From contig JBHGNT010000004.1 in the NCBI GenBank assembly GCA_043228905.1, positions 24,490,001 to 24,554,000 on the forward strand: a stretch of DNA of 64,000 nucleotides, written 5' to 3'. This document shows, piece after piece, positions 27,111 to 41,603 of this stretch. Position 1 is the first letter of the stretch. Every line of letters starts with the position of its first letter. Source of the DNA: Azolla caroliniana. Its lineage: Eukaryota; Plantae; Polypodiophyta. The position numbers and the translations under genes were made by a program. Under the pieces are notes generated by a model. That model was given only the letters and a program-made list of their open reading frames with translations. It ran no database searches and was not told where the DNA came from.

Positions 27111-30100
27111 CCAGATTTAGCAATGAGACAAGAACCTAATGAGAGAGTTCGGGAAAAAATTTGGGCAGTTCCACTACACTTCCATACATGCATGATGCAC
27201 CCACTTTTTCATGACATAAATCTAGTGAACCCAATGAAGTAATGATAAGGAAAGGTGGCAAATTATCAAGAGTTTGGGGTCTCACAAATCATGATGTTGT
27301 TAAAGAAATCTCTTAATGAGCAAGATGACATCAATGTTATGTGAACCACATTAGATAAAATCATAATGACTATTGGTTCATTTTATTGGACAACATCTCC
27401 GGATTTTTAGGAATATACAACACTAAGATGACAAAATTCTCTTTTCTTAAAGTTGTTGATCAAGAAGAGGGATGAATTTTATCAAAAGGAGAAGAAGGGG
27501 CTAATGACCTCGTTGAGAGTTAGGAAGAGGTCAAAATACAAACATGTTATTAATACACGAGAAAGCAATGAGATGAGGAGGCATGAGGTCCATCTTCTAT
27601 GAAAACTCTACGGTGAAAAGAACATGCAAAATGACTCAAATTTAATGATTGTGTAGGTGAGGAAGAAATGAAACAAAAGAATGAGAGCACAAGGACAAAC
27701 AAGTTGAGGTGACTAGTCCTTGCACCTACCTAACAAAAGTGATCTAGAACCATCTTGTAAGAGTATGTGATGCTCGAAGAAGATTAGGGTAGCAAAAACA
27801 TAGTAGTGAAGACTGAAGATAAGATTGTAAATTATGAGATGATGTCAGATGAACAACATTCTCTTGTTGAGTAAAGAGAATAAGGACAACAAAGAGATCA
27901 TGGAACTAAGAAAATATCAAAATAAGGAAGGCAAGAATGAAATGTCGATGAAAATGGCCTCCTCGACACCCATTTTTGTAGAAATGCAGTTCACAAAACC
28001 TGAACTTGACTATAGGAGTGAGAGACAAGCTGATGGAAGGGGACTACTCGTCTTACCATCTAGAAACATCACCAAGTGATTATAATTAAAAGAAACATGA
28101 CAAAATATTCTCTCACTCTACAAAAGTAGATGGCAAATTTCTCTTGATGTGTATAAAATGATTAGAGAGAAGCTAGTGTAGGCCATTTAGGACTTTCAAG
28201 ATGGATAAAATCATAAATATGAAATATTTCAATTCTTAGAATACTCACATGGCGAGAAAAAGTTACATGCACACATATGAAAACTATAATGTTAAATCTA
28301 TAAGCATGCAAACCCCTCACTACAAAACAAACCTAGTATATTTTTAGAGAAACCATTAGCTTGGTTTTAATGAGATGCCACTTGTGCAAGCTATAATGTT
28401 GTGAAATATGTGCATACTTGTGAAATGCGACTGGGACTTATGTCTTTAAAGTCTATTAAAGTCTGATGATTGAGATGGTGTGCATGTGTGTACCCAAAAA
28501 TTATCCATTCAATGTGCAAGAGCCCTTTGCATTGTTCATGTAAGAGCATATTTGCGGAGGGGTGCACATTAAGAGCTTAGATTATAGCACAACACTTGAG
28601 GATGTGTGTGCTCCAAAATATGCGAAAACAACTATTTGTGGGTTTAGAGCACTTAGTGTATATGTTACTTTTAATATTTATTTGTGCACCTATCCTAAGT
28701 GCAAATGTGCACGTGGGATAAATTGTTTTGAATTTTAACTTGAGTGTACGTAGGCATCAATGTGTGTGTAAAATTAGGTGAATGTGCATGTGTTTGTATA
28801 CAAGTCACCATGGGTGTAAGAATGTACATAAATGTGAAATTGTGTAACTTCTTAGTTTATATCTACACATGTATGTGCCCATATTTTATATGTGTGCGTC
28901 TCTTTTTTTTAATGTGAAGGAGGGGTGGGTAGTTAAATAATATGTGTGTGAGGGTAGGTTTTGTAATTTGTTCGATTTACATGTATATCAATGGGCTTAG
29001 AAAAACTGAAGATTATTATTAACCCTTGGGTCAGGTAGAAGGCCTTGCAAAGACAAGCTTCATGTTGAGGCTTGACATGTAGCCCTCCTTTGTTGTATCC
29101 ATAGTTGACTATGGAGCACCATGGCACGTAGTAGAATTGCTCAAAGTAGTGTAGTATTGTGCACGTGCTTTGTATGATAGAGCTCCCAAAGTTCCATTGT
29201 GCTAAGCTTTGCATGATAAAGCTTTTTGTGTTCTATCGTGGAGAGCTCATACGACATAAATTTTTGATCGTGGTAAGCTAACCGCTATAAGAGCTATCAC
29301 AATTATGATATGATATAGTTGTCTTTCTAATGTATGAATTCGGGTGATACAAGGTCACATCATAATACATTTGTCACAATTGCACAAGCTTGCTACAAAA
29401 ACCCAATAGCTCTCAATGGAAGGGCACTAGATTTGTGAGATTTCGAGATGTGGGTTCAAATCTTGCAATGCACAAATTTAATTTAGACTCTTTCTTTTTG
29501 CCGAATTCCATTCGTTTCAACTTGATCCAAAGTTGAGAACACTTTTTCCAGTTTAGGGGAAATAGAGAAATAGATCATTTTCTAGTGCTTTCACCTAGGC
29601 ATAAATTGAGTAATGTGAGGGGGGTGGTTCACTTGAATCCACGCCAAGGAGTGTGTTCAACTATTTCATGATGACATGAATGTGTTCTCTCATTGTGAGC
29701 CATGCCAAGTGCTTCTTTCATGTTGGGACTTTGCAGGTGTTGATGGTTCACGTGGCCTACACAAAAGAGCTTCTTTATAAGTTCTACGAGACAATGAACG
29801 TTTCCACTTGTGGAGAGCCTTGCCAATAACTTCTTTGACACTAAGCCTAAGGATAGACCAACTCAATGATGACTTTACAAGGGATTTCATCTTGTCCCTT
29901 TTGTTGCATCTTCACTTGAGCATAGTTCACCTATGAATTAAAATTTACATATATTTATATACAAATAAATTTGACATTTAATCAATTTTACAATAGCATT
30001 ATTAAATTGAAATGAGGAAAGTGGTCATAAATATTGTAGATTACAAATAGTTTTCATATTTAAATCAAAATACACAAAAATTTCAATTTGTTTCCATATA

Positions 30101-30239
30101 GTGAGAATAAATTAAGATAAGAAAGTGTCATTGGGATATCCTTAACTTGACATGTTGAGGTTACGGTTGACAATAATGTTGTGGTAGTTGTGATATTTGG
30201 TTTGTCATTAAAGCCTTGGCATTTGAATCACGAAGGGAG

Positions 30240-30710
30240 CGAATCTGAATATGAGCTATCTTGCTCGTTTTATAGCTTTTCAAAAATCCTTTGTTAGATA
30301 AAAAACCCTCTTCGCAACATCCACCATTGACTATTCTTTCAAGCATGTACTTGGAAGTTGTGCTTTGGCAAAATGTACATAAACTTATTTACATCTTTTG
30401 CATACGTCCTTATGTTCATTTATGCTACATAGGTTGTCTTTAGTGGTTTTTGAATGCTTATTAACGAATCTTAAAATGGGCTATCTTGCTCGTTAGAGAT
30501 TTTTAAGAGCTCTCTAGTTAGATAAACATAGTACTCTCTCTTCTTAATATGCACCATTTATTATTTCGAGCATGCATTATGTACTTATTTGTGCACAGGC
30601 TCTTGCTTTGGTAAAATGTACATAGTACATTAACTTATTCTCATCCCTCCTGACATACTTCCTTATATCATTTATACATCATAGGTTGGCTTTAGTGGGT
30701 TTTGAATGCT
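30240..30710. repeat. Diverged tandem duplication, about 230-bp unit
   Basis: Blocks gctatcttgctcgtt, gttagataaa, tgctttgg.aaaatgtacata and cataggttg.ctttagtgg.ttttgaatgct occur twice in the same order. Confidence 0.75.
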
Positions 30711-32990
30711 CGATCCTTTCATTAACCATGGTTAACTACTACCATTTGAGCTATGCTTCATTATTATGTTTTTTCTTCACGAAAACTATTCAATCAAAAA
30801 ATTGAGCTTTTGTAAAACATGTTCTCTTCGCCCTTGAAACACCCCACATTAAGACAACAATCATGACTAGCTTGTCCTAGACTATCCTCAACAAGAAAAT
30901 AAGGTAGGCATGAACCAATTCTTGGTCATACCATCAAATGTATGAGTAAAAGTAGTCATCTATGCTCAATGGATAGATCAAGCCTTAGAAGGGACTCAAA
31001 CTACAACAAAAAGAGAAAGGAATCGGAGACAATTGTGAGCAAGTAAGGCTTTGCAAGGGTCTCTTAATGAATGATGGGATATCAAAGGGTACAAATTAGA
31101 GATAAGCCCAAATGACAAACAAGAACCCATGCTTGCAAAGGACTCTCTTAATGAATGAAGGAATATATCAAAGGGTAAAAAGTTGGGAGACTTGAGCCTA
31201 GATGACAACACAAGAACCAAAGTTGCCAACCCACCCAACAACTTAGCCCAACCCTTACGCAAAATTTAACATAATACTAAAGTATGTTAACCTAATTCCT
31301 AAGAGGAGCAACAATAAGTGCTTCACCTAGTAAGAAGCTTGGGTTCTAGAACTAGGGGATTAAACTTTCCCAAAAAAGGTAGCAAGTTTTCATGCAAACA
31401 CAAGAGCCAACACAAAGCAACCACCTCTTCAAGATCATATATGACAACCAAACATCACTACTAGTTCTAAACAAAACAAAGGAAAGGTAAATGTAGTTCT
31501 ATTGGCCATTAGTCTATCATGAATCGGGTTCACATACTAACTCTATGATAGATAGGATAACCGAAAAGGGACTACGTTTTGTAATGGAGACATATCAACC
31601 ACATCCTTTCATTACTAGCATAGAATACTATAGAATACCAAAGAGGTTACATTCGATGATGTTCCTATACAAAACACACAACCTAAACAAAACAACACTC
31701 AAATGTTGCTAAAGAAACCTAAAAATGGTTGTCGGCCTCCTCTAGCTTTATCAAATCAATGAGCGGCCTATGAAAAACCTTCATTGACATTTCTACCAAT
31801 TTGACAATGCTCTCTTTCAAGACTTGGGTTGGTCTAGACTCTAGAGTATCCCAAGCCTCAATATTCTCAAGAAAAATTGAAAGGTCTTAACAACATCAGA
31901 CCTTCTATTTGAGACTATTCCCATGTTAGGTGTGAGCACAATCATGAAAATGACGATGTTGTTAAGGGAATCCCAATCAAGAAAGTACAGACATGATTGA
32001 AATACCTCAATATCAAAATAACGTCTCTAGAATTATGGTACCACACCATGAAAATGACAAGAGAGTCTAGTGGGTACCTAAAATGGGCAAATCAAAGCAA
32101 CCCTCTTAAACCCTCTTAAAACCCACAAGATGAACTAAGTTGAAACGAGCATCTAAATGGGTGAATGTCCATAGAGTGGTAGCGCAAGAATAGTAAAAGT
32201 TATTGATGCGAAATCATGCATAAGAAAAGTGCCAGAACAATAGAAGGGCTACACAAAGGCCACATCTAGTTTTGAAACCTCACTTATGGGAGAATTCCTC
32301 AAACTCTTAAGGGGAGAACATGGATTGCAACAAGATGAAAAAAGACATTATTATGACCCATCCTTCCAACTTGAGCTATGAAGGATAAAACTTTCGTGCA
32401 TGCGAAAACTAGTGATGAGTAGTTCACAAAGAAAGCACCAAAACAACTCACAAAAGTTCAAGGGTGGTTCAAGGGAAATACACAAGTTTGTTTTCCAAAC
32501 TTATATCTAGTGCAACACTAGCAAGAAAACTGGCAATTGACCACGTGGACATCCCATGGTTGGTCAATAAGCTCTCTACAAATATACATATCCCAGAAGT
32601 GGTAGCAGGCAAAAGATCACAATAAAACACCTCTATCTATGTTAATAATAAGACATAGAAATCTCTAGATAATGACTTAATTTGCCTCGTCTCACAAGTA
32701 CTTTCATGTAGAGGTGCCCTCATTAACCAACATCTAAAACAAAGAGTAAAACTAGAATCTATCTACTCAAAAGGAGTCATGATGGCAATACTATTTCGCG
32801 CAAAAGGTAACCCTTAGTTTAAGTATTTAAACCTAGATAAAGTAAACACGGTTTTTGCATTGCAAAGTAGAAAGGTAATAAGTAATGTGACAGCCCCAAT
32901 ATCCTCACACCAACAAAAAATTTAGAAAGGTGATACCAAATATGCAAACAAAATCTAGAAACAAACCATGAAAAGACTTGCCAAGCGCCT

Positions 32991-33105
32991 CCCACTACAC
33001 TTGCTAGTTTTGTGCCATCTTACCACTACATACCACTAGTTTTGAAAGGACAAAACTAGTGGTGTGTAGCGGGAGGATGGTGAGAAACCAATAAAGTGTA
33101 GTGGG
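32991..33105. repeat. Fold-back inverted repeat, possibly a MITE remnant
   Basis: Inner 30-bp arms ccatcttaccactacataccactagttttg / caaaactagtggtgtgtagcgggaggatgg around a 6-nt loop. Outer arms cccactacactt / aagtgtagtggg are a perfect 12 bp. Confidence 0.7.
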
Positions 33106-33744
33106 GGCTCTTTGTGCGTCATTCATAAAATGGAGAGACATGCTTTGTACTAAATACGTCCATATACTCAAATCTCATTTGATTTCCTTATCAAGTAGAC
33201 TGTTTGAGCTATACTCTTGTCATAAGTAATACTTCACTTCTTCCACATATCATCCCAGTTTTTACATTCCAACACTGAGAATATTCAAATTATATGTTAT
33301 GTGCAAGAAAATTGTCAAGATTACCGTGAAGTCAATTTTTGCTCGTAAGAAAAGGCCGTGACAAATACATTGGATGCTAAGCTGTATAAGAATAAAGCAC
33401 AATATGAAAGGATCAAGTATTAACGAATGAAGGAACTTGATGAATATAAAGTTAGAGGCGTTTTTCAAACATGGAAAAAGTAGAAAAAAAAGAAAAAGAA
33501 AAGAAAACGTAGAAAAAGCAAAGCAGAGAAAAAAGCTCATAACTTTTTCATCTCATATCCAAATTTCAAAAGAAAAGATTCATAAGAAAGCTGACAAAGA
33601 GAGTTTTCTTTTATTAAAATTTGGGATGACAAAGCAGAAATAGTGATATAATAAAATGTCTCACATAAACTCGAGGATATGTAAAAAGAAAAGAAAAGAA
33701 AAAAGCAAGAATAATGCAACTAAAAACCTATAAATAGGAAGGTA

Positions 33745-35390
33745 TTTTTTTATTAAAAAGAAAACACTCACAAATTACATCATAGACCACCAAAAATTCA
33801 TCAACCCTCACTCTAGCCTTCTCACTAAAGAGGTCATAGTCCCCACCTCATTTTCAACAAAAGTATCTCAACAACTCTTATAACCTAGTAATTTGTACCA
33901 TATCTATACATATTTACAACACCTGTTCCCTGATGGAAGCCATTGGTGGAAATAACCATCGAGGTGCTTGGTAGTTCCATTCAGGCCCTGATGTTGATTT
34001 GCCCACCATAGGAGATCTACCCCATTTCAGCAGGAACTTTGACCGAGCTCTTTCAACTACATCAGATTCCCCCTGAATCGAGTCGTACCGTCCTCGCAGC
34101 CAAGATACTAGCTCGAACCAGATATTTAACAACACCTCACCGCTAGGGATATTTTGCTATTGAAAAACAAACTTGCAACACTTGGTCCAAATGTGCCAGA
34201 CCAATAAACAAGCCACCATCATCCATATCTCTTCAAAAAAAATTGAGTTAGTGCTAGGTCGAACTCCAGCACGTTGAAACACCTTGCCACCTTGCACTAG
34301 AAATCCATGACCGTGGGGGTTTAACTGTTCAGCCCAACCTTCCCCTGTTCACTTCAGCCCCTGTACGGATCCCCATACAACTCTCCCATTCACGCCGCAT
34401 GTTGCCACTATCTTGAGACTTCTACCCTAAATGCTAATAGCCTCTCCGCAATTCCAAAAACAGTGAGGAATTGATTCCAAATGGTGTTCACATATCTTGC
34501 AACCAACCTCACCACCACGACACCTGAGCCACTCCCCCACTGGTACCGCTTTATGACTAAGAAGCCACAATCAAAGCGTTATTTTTTCTTGCATATCAAA
34601 CGCCCATAGGCTCCTCCAAAACGACTTCAACAAGTCATCAGAAATGCCTTTATCCTTCCAACTATTGCGAGTTAGAGTAGCGCCCATTGATTTGGAGCCA
34701 ATGATTTTCCTTCCTAGCTTAGTACTGTACTCGAAAAACCGTTCTAGTTTGTACGTTCCTGGTTTTTGCCACCACACCTCTAGTGGATCCCAATCAAAAT
34801 CACATACGGGCTTGTTGTCAACTATCCAAAGCTTACAATCAGTTTCTAGCTTCCCTGGGTCCGAGTTTACTTGCCACTTCTTACCTTCCAACATTGCCAC
34901 TCGCACTGCCAACCACTGGCCATTGTCTGTCAAAGCACTGAGGTTGCCCCACAAACGATACTCATGAGATGAGCACCTGCCACGGATAATTTGTGCATCA
35001 CCCTCACCTACAAACCACCCAAACCAAGCCCCCTCTTCTTTATTCAGCCTAGGTAGACCATCAACAACCTTATCTATCAAATGGGTCACCTTTTCCAACC
35101 TACCAGTAAACCTAGTACTACCAACCAGACCCTCCCGTCTTTTCCTTTTAAAAACCTACCAATCTCTTACTGAACTAACATTGTACCCTAACATTTGCCC
35201 CCATGGCAAGTATTTTTTCTGCCCAAGCATCATATCGTCATCGCTTCTAATCTTGGGGTTTCAAAACAGTGGTTGTCGGATTTGTTCCTCCATCGTTTTT
35301 GGCTGCATTAAGACCAACCTCTCTCTTAAACTTGACCAGGCCCTCGTTATGGTGTGGGCCACCCTATATAGGAAGGTATTCTTAGCAATT
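33745..35390 (-). mobile_element. 5'-truncated L1-type LINE (subfamily B)
   Basis: ORF pieces AWSSLRERL..EQIRQPLF, FWRSLWAFDMQEKI, a zf-RVT-like ESIPHCFWNC..ISI*, and the terminal WNYQAPRWLFPP, followed by a 3' UTR matching the 25230-25400 copy. Confidence 0.85.
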
Positions 35391-38300
35391 AGGAAGGGAG
35401 GTGGAATTGAATATCTATGAGGAAGAATAAGAAGGCTAGAAGAAGTGAAAAAAGTCTTAGTAGAAGAAAGAGAGAAGAAGGAAAGACTATTATCGATTAG
35501 ACTTGTCATTGAGATTAACGTAGTTCTTTGGTGGGGTTAATCTTTTTAGAGTCCAAGAAAATTGTATTGTTTTCCTAATAGTATATTGAAGTATTCTTTT
35601 CTCTTCTTCTTCTCTTCTTTGTCATTCTTCTATCTCTCCTCATCAATTACTAGTTGGCCAAGTCATGTGTGCAAGAAAATAGTTGTGCAAGTGCATGAAA
35701 TCAAATGTGTTTTGGATCATATGTTGCTAGAGTTTAGGATGAAGGTAGTTTCTGGTAAATAGTGAAGGTACATTATTCTAGAATACCACTGTTGTACAAT
35801 GTCCATTCTGCTACAAAATTAATTCAAATTTGGAAGGAAGACACTAAACATTGCATTGGAATAAAATCTCAAGAGCTATTGGTTTTGTGCAAACAATGAA
35901 TGTTCATTGGAGTCATCTTTTCCATTCTACATGAGTGTATCTAGAACCCAAATGGACTTGTTTCATTTCTAAAAAGGGTATTTATCATGTCAAGGATCTA
36001 TTGACAAACGATATTTATGGAGGGTGTTGTGTTGCTCTCAAAGAGATATCTGGCATAAATTAAGGATTTGTCCCATGGTTGGGTACCTTTTCCATCACTA
36101 GAGAAAATCGGTTTCAAGATTGGAATTTCATTGCTGTCTCCATGAGTTTAAACCTTTACCTATAGATCACTCGACAACCAACAAGGTACATAGGTTGCTT
36201 CTAACCACTCCATGATTAAAACTTTATGATAATAATTGAAGTTGGTGGAAAAATAACAAGAATTTGACACACTTCCTTGCCATTAAATGAAAGAATAATC
36301 TTATGGTGTTGGTTATCACTTAGGATACATCTTTAACCAAGGCACATTCTCATGATAAGATGCCAATTATGCAAACTTGGTTCAAAATCTATTAACTACT
36401 TGCTTTGGAATTCCCTGAACACTGAGCATTTATTGGGGAACCGGGGGGCGGGGGGTTAAGGGAACAAGGCTCTTGTTGTTTCCCATGACTTTATTTCTTT
36501 ATTTTAGTAAGTATTTCTAGATATTTGGTCTTTCCTACCCAAAGTTGCCTCATAGTACATCTTGGGGAATAATGGATTGTATGGATATCATAAAACCACG
36601 TGGTCCTCCATCAACCCATTTTTCATGAATTTTGTTTCTTCAAGCACCTCTCTGCGAGAATCATTGTATATTTGTCTCCAGCTTCATGATATTTCTCGAC
36701 AATTCTCAAATTTTCTTTCAACACTTGTGCACACAACTTTGTACATTCATTTTGTTTTGTGGATTTTCATCTCGACTTGAGGTTTCCCACCAATACTATA
36801 AAGCATAAGAATATATATACCGACATGTCGGTAGTCAATGTTGACTATATGAATGATAACACCCCCGCATTACCTCAACTCTTGTCTTCACTCAATGATC
36901 GATGGTTCAACCACGTCTCGTCTTTTTCTTGTTCTTTTGTGGCATCAAAGTCATATAATTGAGAGAACCCAAGTTCGATCCTCGAAATAGAGCAAGACCC
37001 AATGCACATATTGCAAACCATCTCCCAAGGATGTTAATTGGACACTCTTCTCCCATACAAGGCTCTAGTTTGAGGACATTTTGGTTTCCTTGCGACACAC
37101 TCACTATCAATCTAGTCCAATTCCTAGACACATTCTCTCTTACTTGTAGTTTGCACTCTTAATCACAATGTTCATTAATATTAGGAGTCACTTCTCAACT
37201 CTAAATATGTAACTATGTGAAAGTCGATATAATCTCCAAACAAGATGAAAATATTTAATCCCTTCTTACCTTTCTCAAAATCTATGAATTGCATGTTATG
37301 TGAACAACAAAGTGATATTATTATCCGACATTGCATTTTTTGTATTCTTCTTCAATGCCAGATTGCACTTGTTGCAATTTCATAGTCTTACTAAAAGACG
37401 ACAATCGTAATTTGTAACTATATATTTGTCAATAGTTTCCTAACAACCATATTAGGTATGGCCTAAATAATTGCATGTCAATTTGTCGCATATTCTTCGG
37501 TAACAACAAGATGCTACTTGCCTACGTATGTGCAAGTTAAGGATATTGAAAATATATGATTGGTTAAGCATTCACATTCAAAAGAAAAGACAAAGAGACA
37601 TCTATGCGTAGGCCAGTTTAAGGACAACGAAAATTTATTGGTCAAGAGGAGCGTGCAAAAGTGAAAAGGAAAGTGTTGGCAATGACATTTCGAAAGTGAT
37701 GACGAGGACTAGTTGTGTGTGTGTGTGAACAATAAAGTTATTGTAAAGAGAAGACAAGGTTATTATATATAGAAAAAAAAGTAACAATAACCCCGTTCAA
37801 ATTGTGGACCCTTCCTATGGGTGAACAAGACCCTTTGGGCCCTGGTGCAACAAGGTAAACAAACATGCCACTTTATTTACAATTTAGAAGGACTTTGTGG
37901 GAAGATAAATACAAAAGGCCACTATGGATCAACACTATTATATGCCATTTAGGTCATTCTCAAATATTCAAAACTAGCAAATTTATAAGGATATTTTCTT
38001 GTTTACCACTTAGCCTCCTTTTATTTCAATATTCTTTAGGACTTTGGCTTCCATAAAATATATTCAAATCTATGAGCCAAGCATCTTGTATCAAAATTAA
38101 GAAGGAAGTACTATTACACACACTGGCAGAAAAGAGAGTTGAATTTGCACATGAAATACTCTTCTTATATGCACAATTTGTAAATTACTCATCATTATGA
38201 GTGTGCTTGCTATATACCAAGCTCCGAAGGAAAAAATATGTGATATTGGTGAAATAATATTAGTAAATATCCCACAAATTTAGGTAATTTCAACATTCAC

Positions 38301-39728
38301 TTCTAGATTACCAAGTTGTGATTGATTGTATACACATCTTTTTGATAATAGGCAAACTCCCATAATGAAAGTTTCACATTAAGAGGCAATTCTAGATAAT
38401 TGCCTCTAGGAGCTAAAAAATTGTTTGTTGCACTTCTAGCCCACTATGGACAATTTATGAATATATGGATAGGTGTAAAACACCATGAGAACTTGTATCA
38501 TGCAATCATAACCAAACTCCAATATCTGCTAGAAAGGAAAGCTTATAATAATAACATTGGCCATGTTAAGAGTCCAAACTTAACATTAAATTTAACAATA
38601 ATATTGAAGGTATACTTAACCAAATTTTGAACTATGATGCAAGAAACCATCATTTGAAAAGCCCCCCCAGGCATCAAAATTCCACATTCATTAGCTTTAC
38701 TCTTCAAACTTTGAATTAAAAGTAGATATAAATTTTTGATAATTCTTCCCAATGACCCAATTTCTTTTTCCTTGCCACCCATTCAAAGATGTTGGTTTTT
38801 GGATGACAAAATTGCTGAAATGAATTCTAAGTTGAAACACGACGAACTTGTAGTTGAACTTAGAGCCTAGTTTGACAACAAAATAGTACAGTTTATGTTT
38901 CATGATAACATGAATTTTGACTTTTGAGTCACTTTATGTGCGGATAGCGGGAACCAAACCCCCGAACACTTGAATCAAATTACTAATCTTATATCATTTA
39001 GGTCAAGGATGTGCTAGATTGCTAGGAGAATGCCTTGAAATGAAGTAGAAGTCTACAAACAAGAAATTTATCGCAAATGGGTGAAATCCCAATGGTAGAG
39101 AGAATGATACAAGATCTACAAATGCTAATTCTATTAAATTAACACAAAAGAAGGGACCACGGTATAATTTTTAAAAAGTACCTCAAGTTAATAAACTCTT
39201 TCAAGTAGAATCTTAAACTTAACACTAGAAAAACTTGAAAACCCAACTCTTGTTTCCCAAAATATCTCACAGTTTTCTTTATTTCTCCAAATGCCTTTGT
39301 CAACCTACAAAAATAAAGAACTTTGACTAGTGCATGTACTTGAGGGAAAGGTGATAAAATTTCATAGTGCTCAAATAGCGTTCTTGATTGCCTAAGAGGT
39401 TTGACCAAGGCACTTGGTAAAATAATTAAAAATTACGGTTATTTTTGGGTTCTTTTCCCGTGACATTTATCAACAATGATCCATAAATATATGCATAAAA
39501 AACTAAGTGTTCACCAAAGTAAATAAGAAATAAAGCGTGATATACTATATAGATCACTTAAATGGAATTAAAGAACATAACTCAATATATAGGCCAACCA
39601 CATGACAATAAATAGAACATAACATAAGTAGCATAAATGATCATCCTACAGAGTGATGTAACGATAAGTTACACCAACCAGATTATAAAATGGGAAGGAA
39701 ATGAAATAATTTGAAAGACTTATGATGA

Positions 39729-39804
39729 CACATGGATGAGGCCAAGAGCTCCATCGGACATTCTCAATCATGTGTCCAATGAATCCCTCGGCCTCATCCA
39801 TGTG
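39729..39804. repeat. 32-bp-arm hairpin
   Basis: cacatggatgaggccaagagctccatcggaca / tgtccaatgaatccctcggcctcatccatgtg, with a 12-nt loop and 5 mismatches. Confidence 0.8.
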
Positions 39805-40289
39805 AAAAACGCACTGAAAGTGAAAGGGAAGAAGAAGTGGTCATTAGAAAGAGTGTATAAGAGGTATCCCATCATCGGGTTGCACCTATATGAAGAACTT
39901 CTATAAAATATGGTATTGTGAAGTTAAGATAATAAGGACAAAGGAGGATGGGATTTGAACTTGGTCTCGTCTAAAGAGTCACTAAGGCTTGTGGCTATGA
40001 GACCATGTAAACATTGACAACGTCATACTCTTGTGAGTACTCTTTTAGTAGAACAAGTATAAAATAATTTCGGCCTTGAACTTACGTTTTTGCATAGTCA
40101 TCATCATTGTGCTCAATTTCCTCCCCCCATTTTGTTGAGTGGTTTTCAAGTCATTGTGTAAAAAGCCTAGTAAAACGTTAAACTATGGATCTTTTTGTTA
40201 GGAGATCGTTCCAACCACCTTAAACCATCTTGTAAACTTCTTTATATTGTTATGTTGATTGTCAGAGCTAGTATCCTATACAAGCACCT

Positions 40290-40830
40290 AACCTCCTCCC
40301 TATATTGATTTTGGATGATATCAATGAAATTTGTCAATCTGTTACTCATTCTTCAACATCCCAAGATATTTTCTTCCAAGAAGAAACCATATGACTTCTT
40401 CATAATGTCCATTCATCTTCCTTTGCAGGAGTAAATAAATAGCATCCAATGTATCACAGTTGCATGGGACATTGCTCATTTTTCAACCATCTTCTTCATC
40501 CCACAATCCTTGAAGTCATGGATTTTCTTGTCTCTGATCAATACTAATAGTAAGCGAAAAGTAACCCTAATCACCTCATACTTGGGAAGAATGCACATCC
40601 AATGTTCATCACAAAAGAATCGAGAACAACCCTAGATTGAAACTGTTGATATCATATATGGTAGAGCCTTACATCAGCCTCGTGGTTTTAAGTATTTTTA
40701 AACATAAATCTCAAACATTTGCTTTTCTCAGACATTCTAGGGGATTTTTTGATATCTCAAGCTGCTTTGAAACAAATTTCGCTAAGGATATATCCAATAA
40801 TGTACCCATGTAGCCCAACGTATAAATTTG
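40290..40830 (-). pseudogene. Possible heavily decayed PPR gene fragment
   Basis: Weak PPR-like pieces only (ANLYVGLHGYII, KMNGHYEEVIW), with no continuous ORF. Confidence 0.25.
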
Positions 40831-41603
40831 CTTAGAAAATCACAAAAAATTAACCCCAAACGTTGGACCCAATATATCCAACATTTCATTACCCCATGAG
40901 AATTAGCTCACGTAGGGCCCTCACACTTCTTGGAAACACTACAGTGCATTACAGAAAAGTTGTGAGCCCTCATGAAGTATGGAACTCTGATTTGAATTAA
41001 GGATTGCATTAACTTACGTATGTATTAGGCAGATATCTATTTTATGAATGCATGCATGCAAGCACAAATATATCCATAAACAAGCACATCCAAAACCTCT
41101 AATGTTTCTTCGACGATAAAATTTGAAATACATTGACTTCAAGACTTATTTCAGCAAATGAAAATGAAATTCTTTGCATGAGCAACAACAGAGATGTTCA
41201 TTCTTCATATTTGTACAACAGCTAGCTATTCATGAAGCAAATCTATGCTAGTGACAGTTAATAGCTCACTACATGGAGGATCCAAGATTGATCTTGTTGA
41301 ACTTAGTCCATTAACAATATGCTTTTATCAGATCACGACAACATGCTTATATCTTATGGAAGTTTATAGTGATGGATGAGAACAATTTTTTTGGGTCGAG
41401 AGATGCATATGCATGATACAACAAAGAAAAGCAAAGAAACTGTGCTACAAACTCCACAAGAAAGGTTCAACAAAGAGACACTGGTCCAATGGAATCGGAG
41501 CATTAGAAATCTTATATGCATGCGGTTTCACAAACATATTGCTCAGTAATGAGGAACTTACTTCATAAAACCTCAATTATCTTGGAAGTTGCACATGTGT
41601 TGA

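Noticed and set aside
39654-40264. Solo LTR around the 39729 hairpin
   Set aside because: TG...CA ends and a TATA-like box are present, but there is no convincing terminal inverted repeat or TSD.
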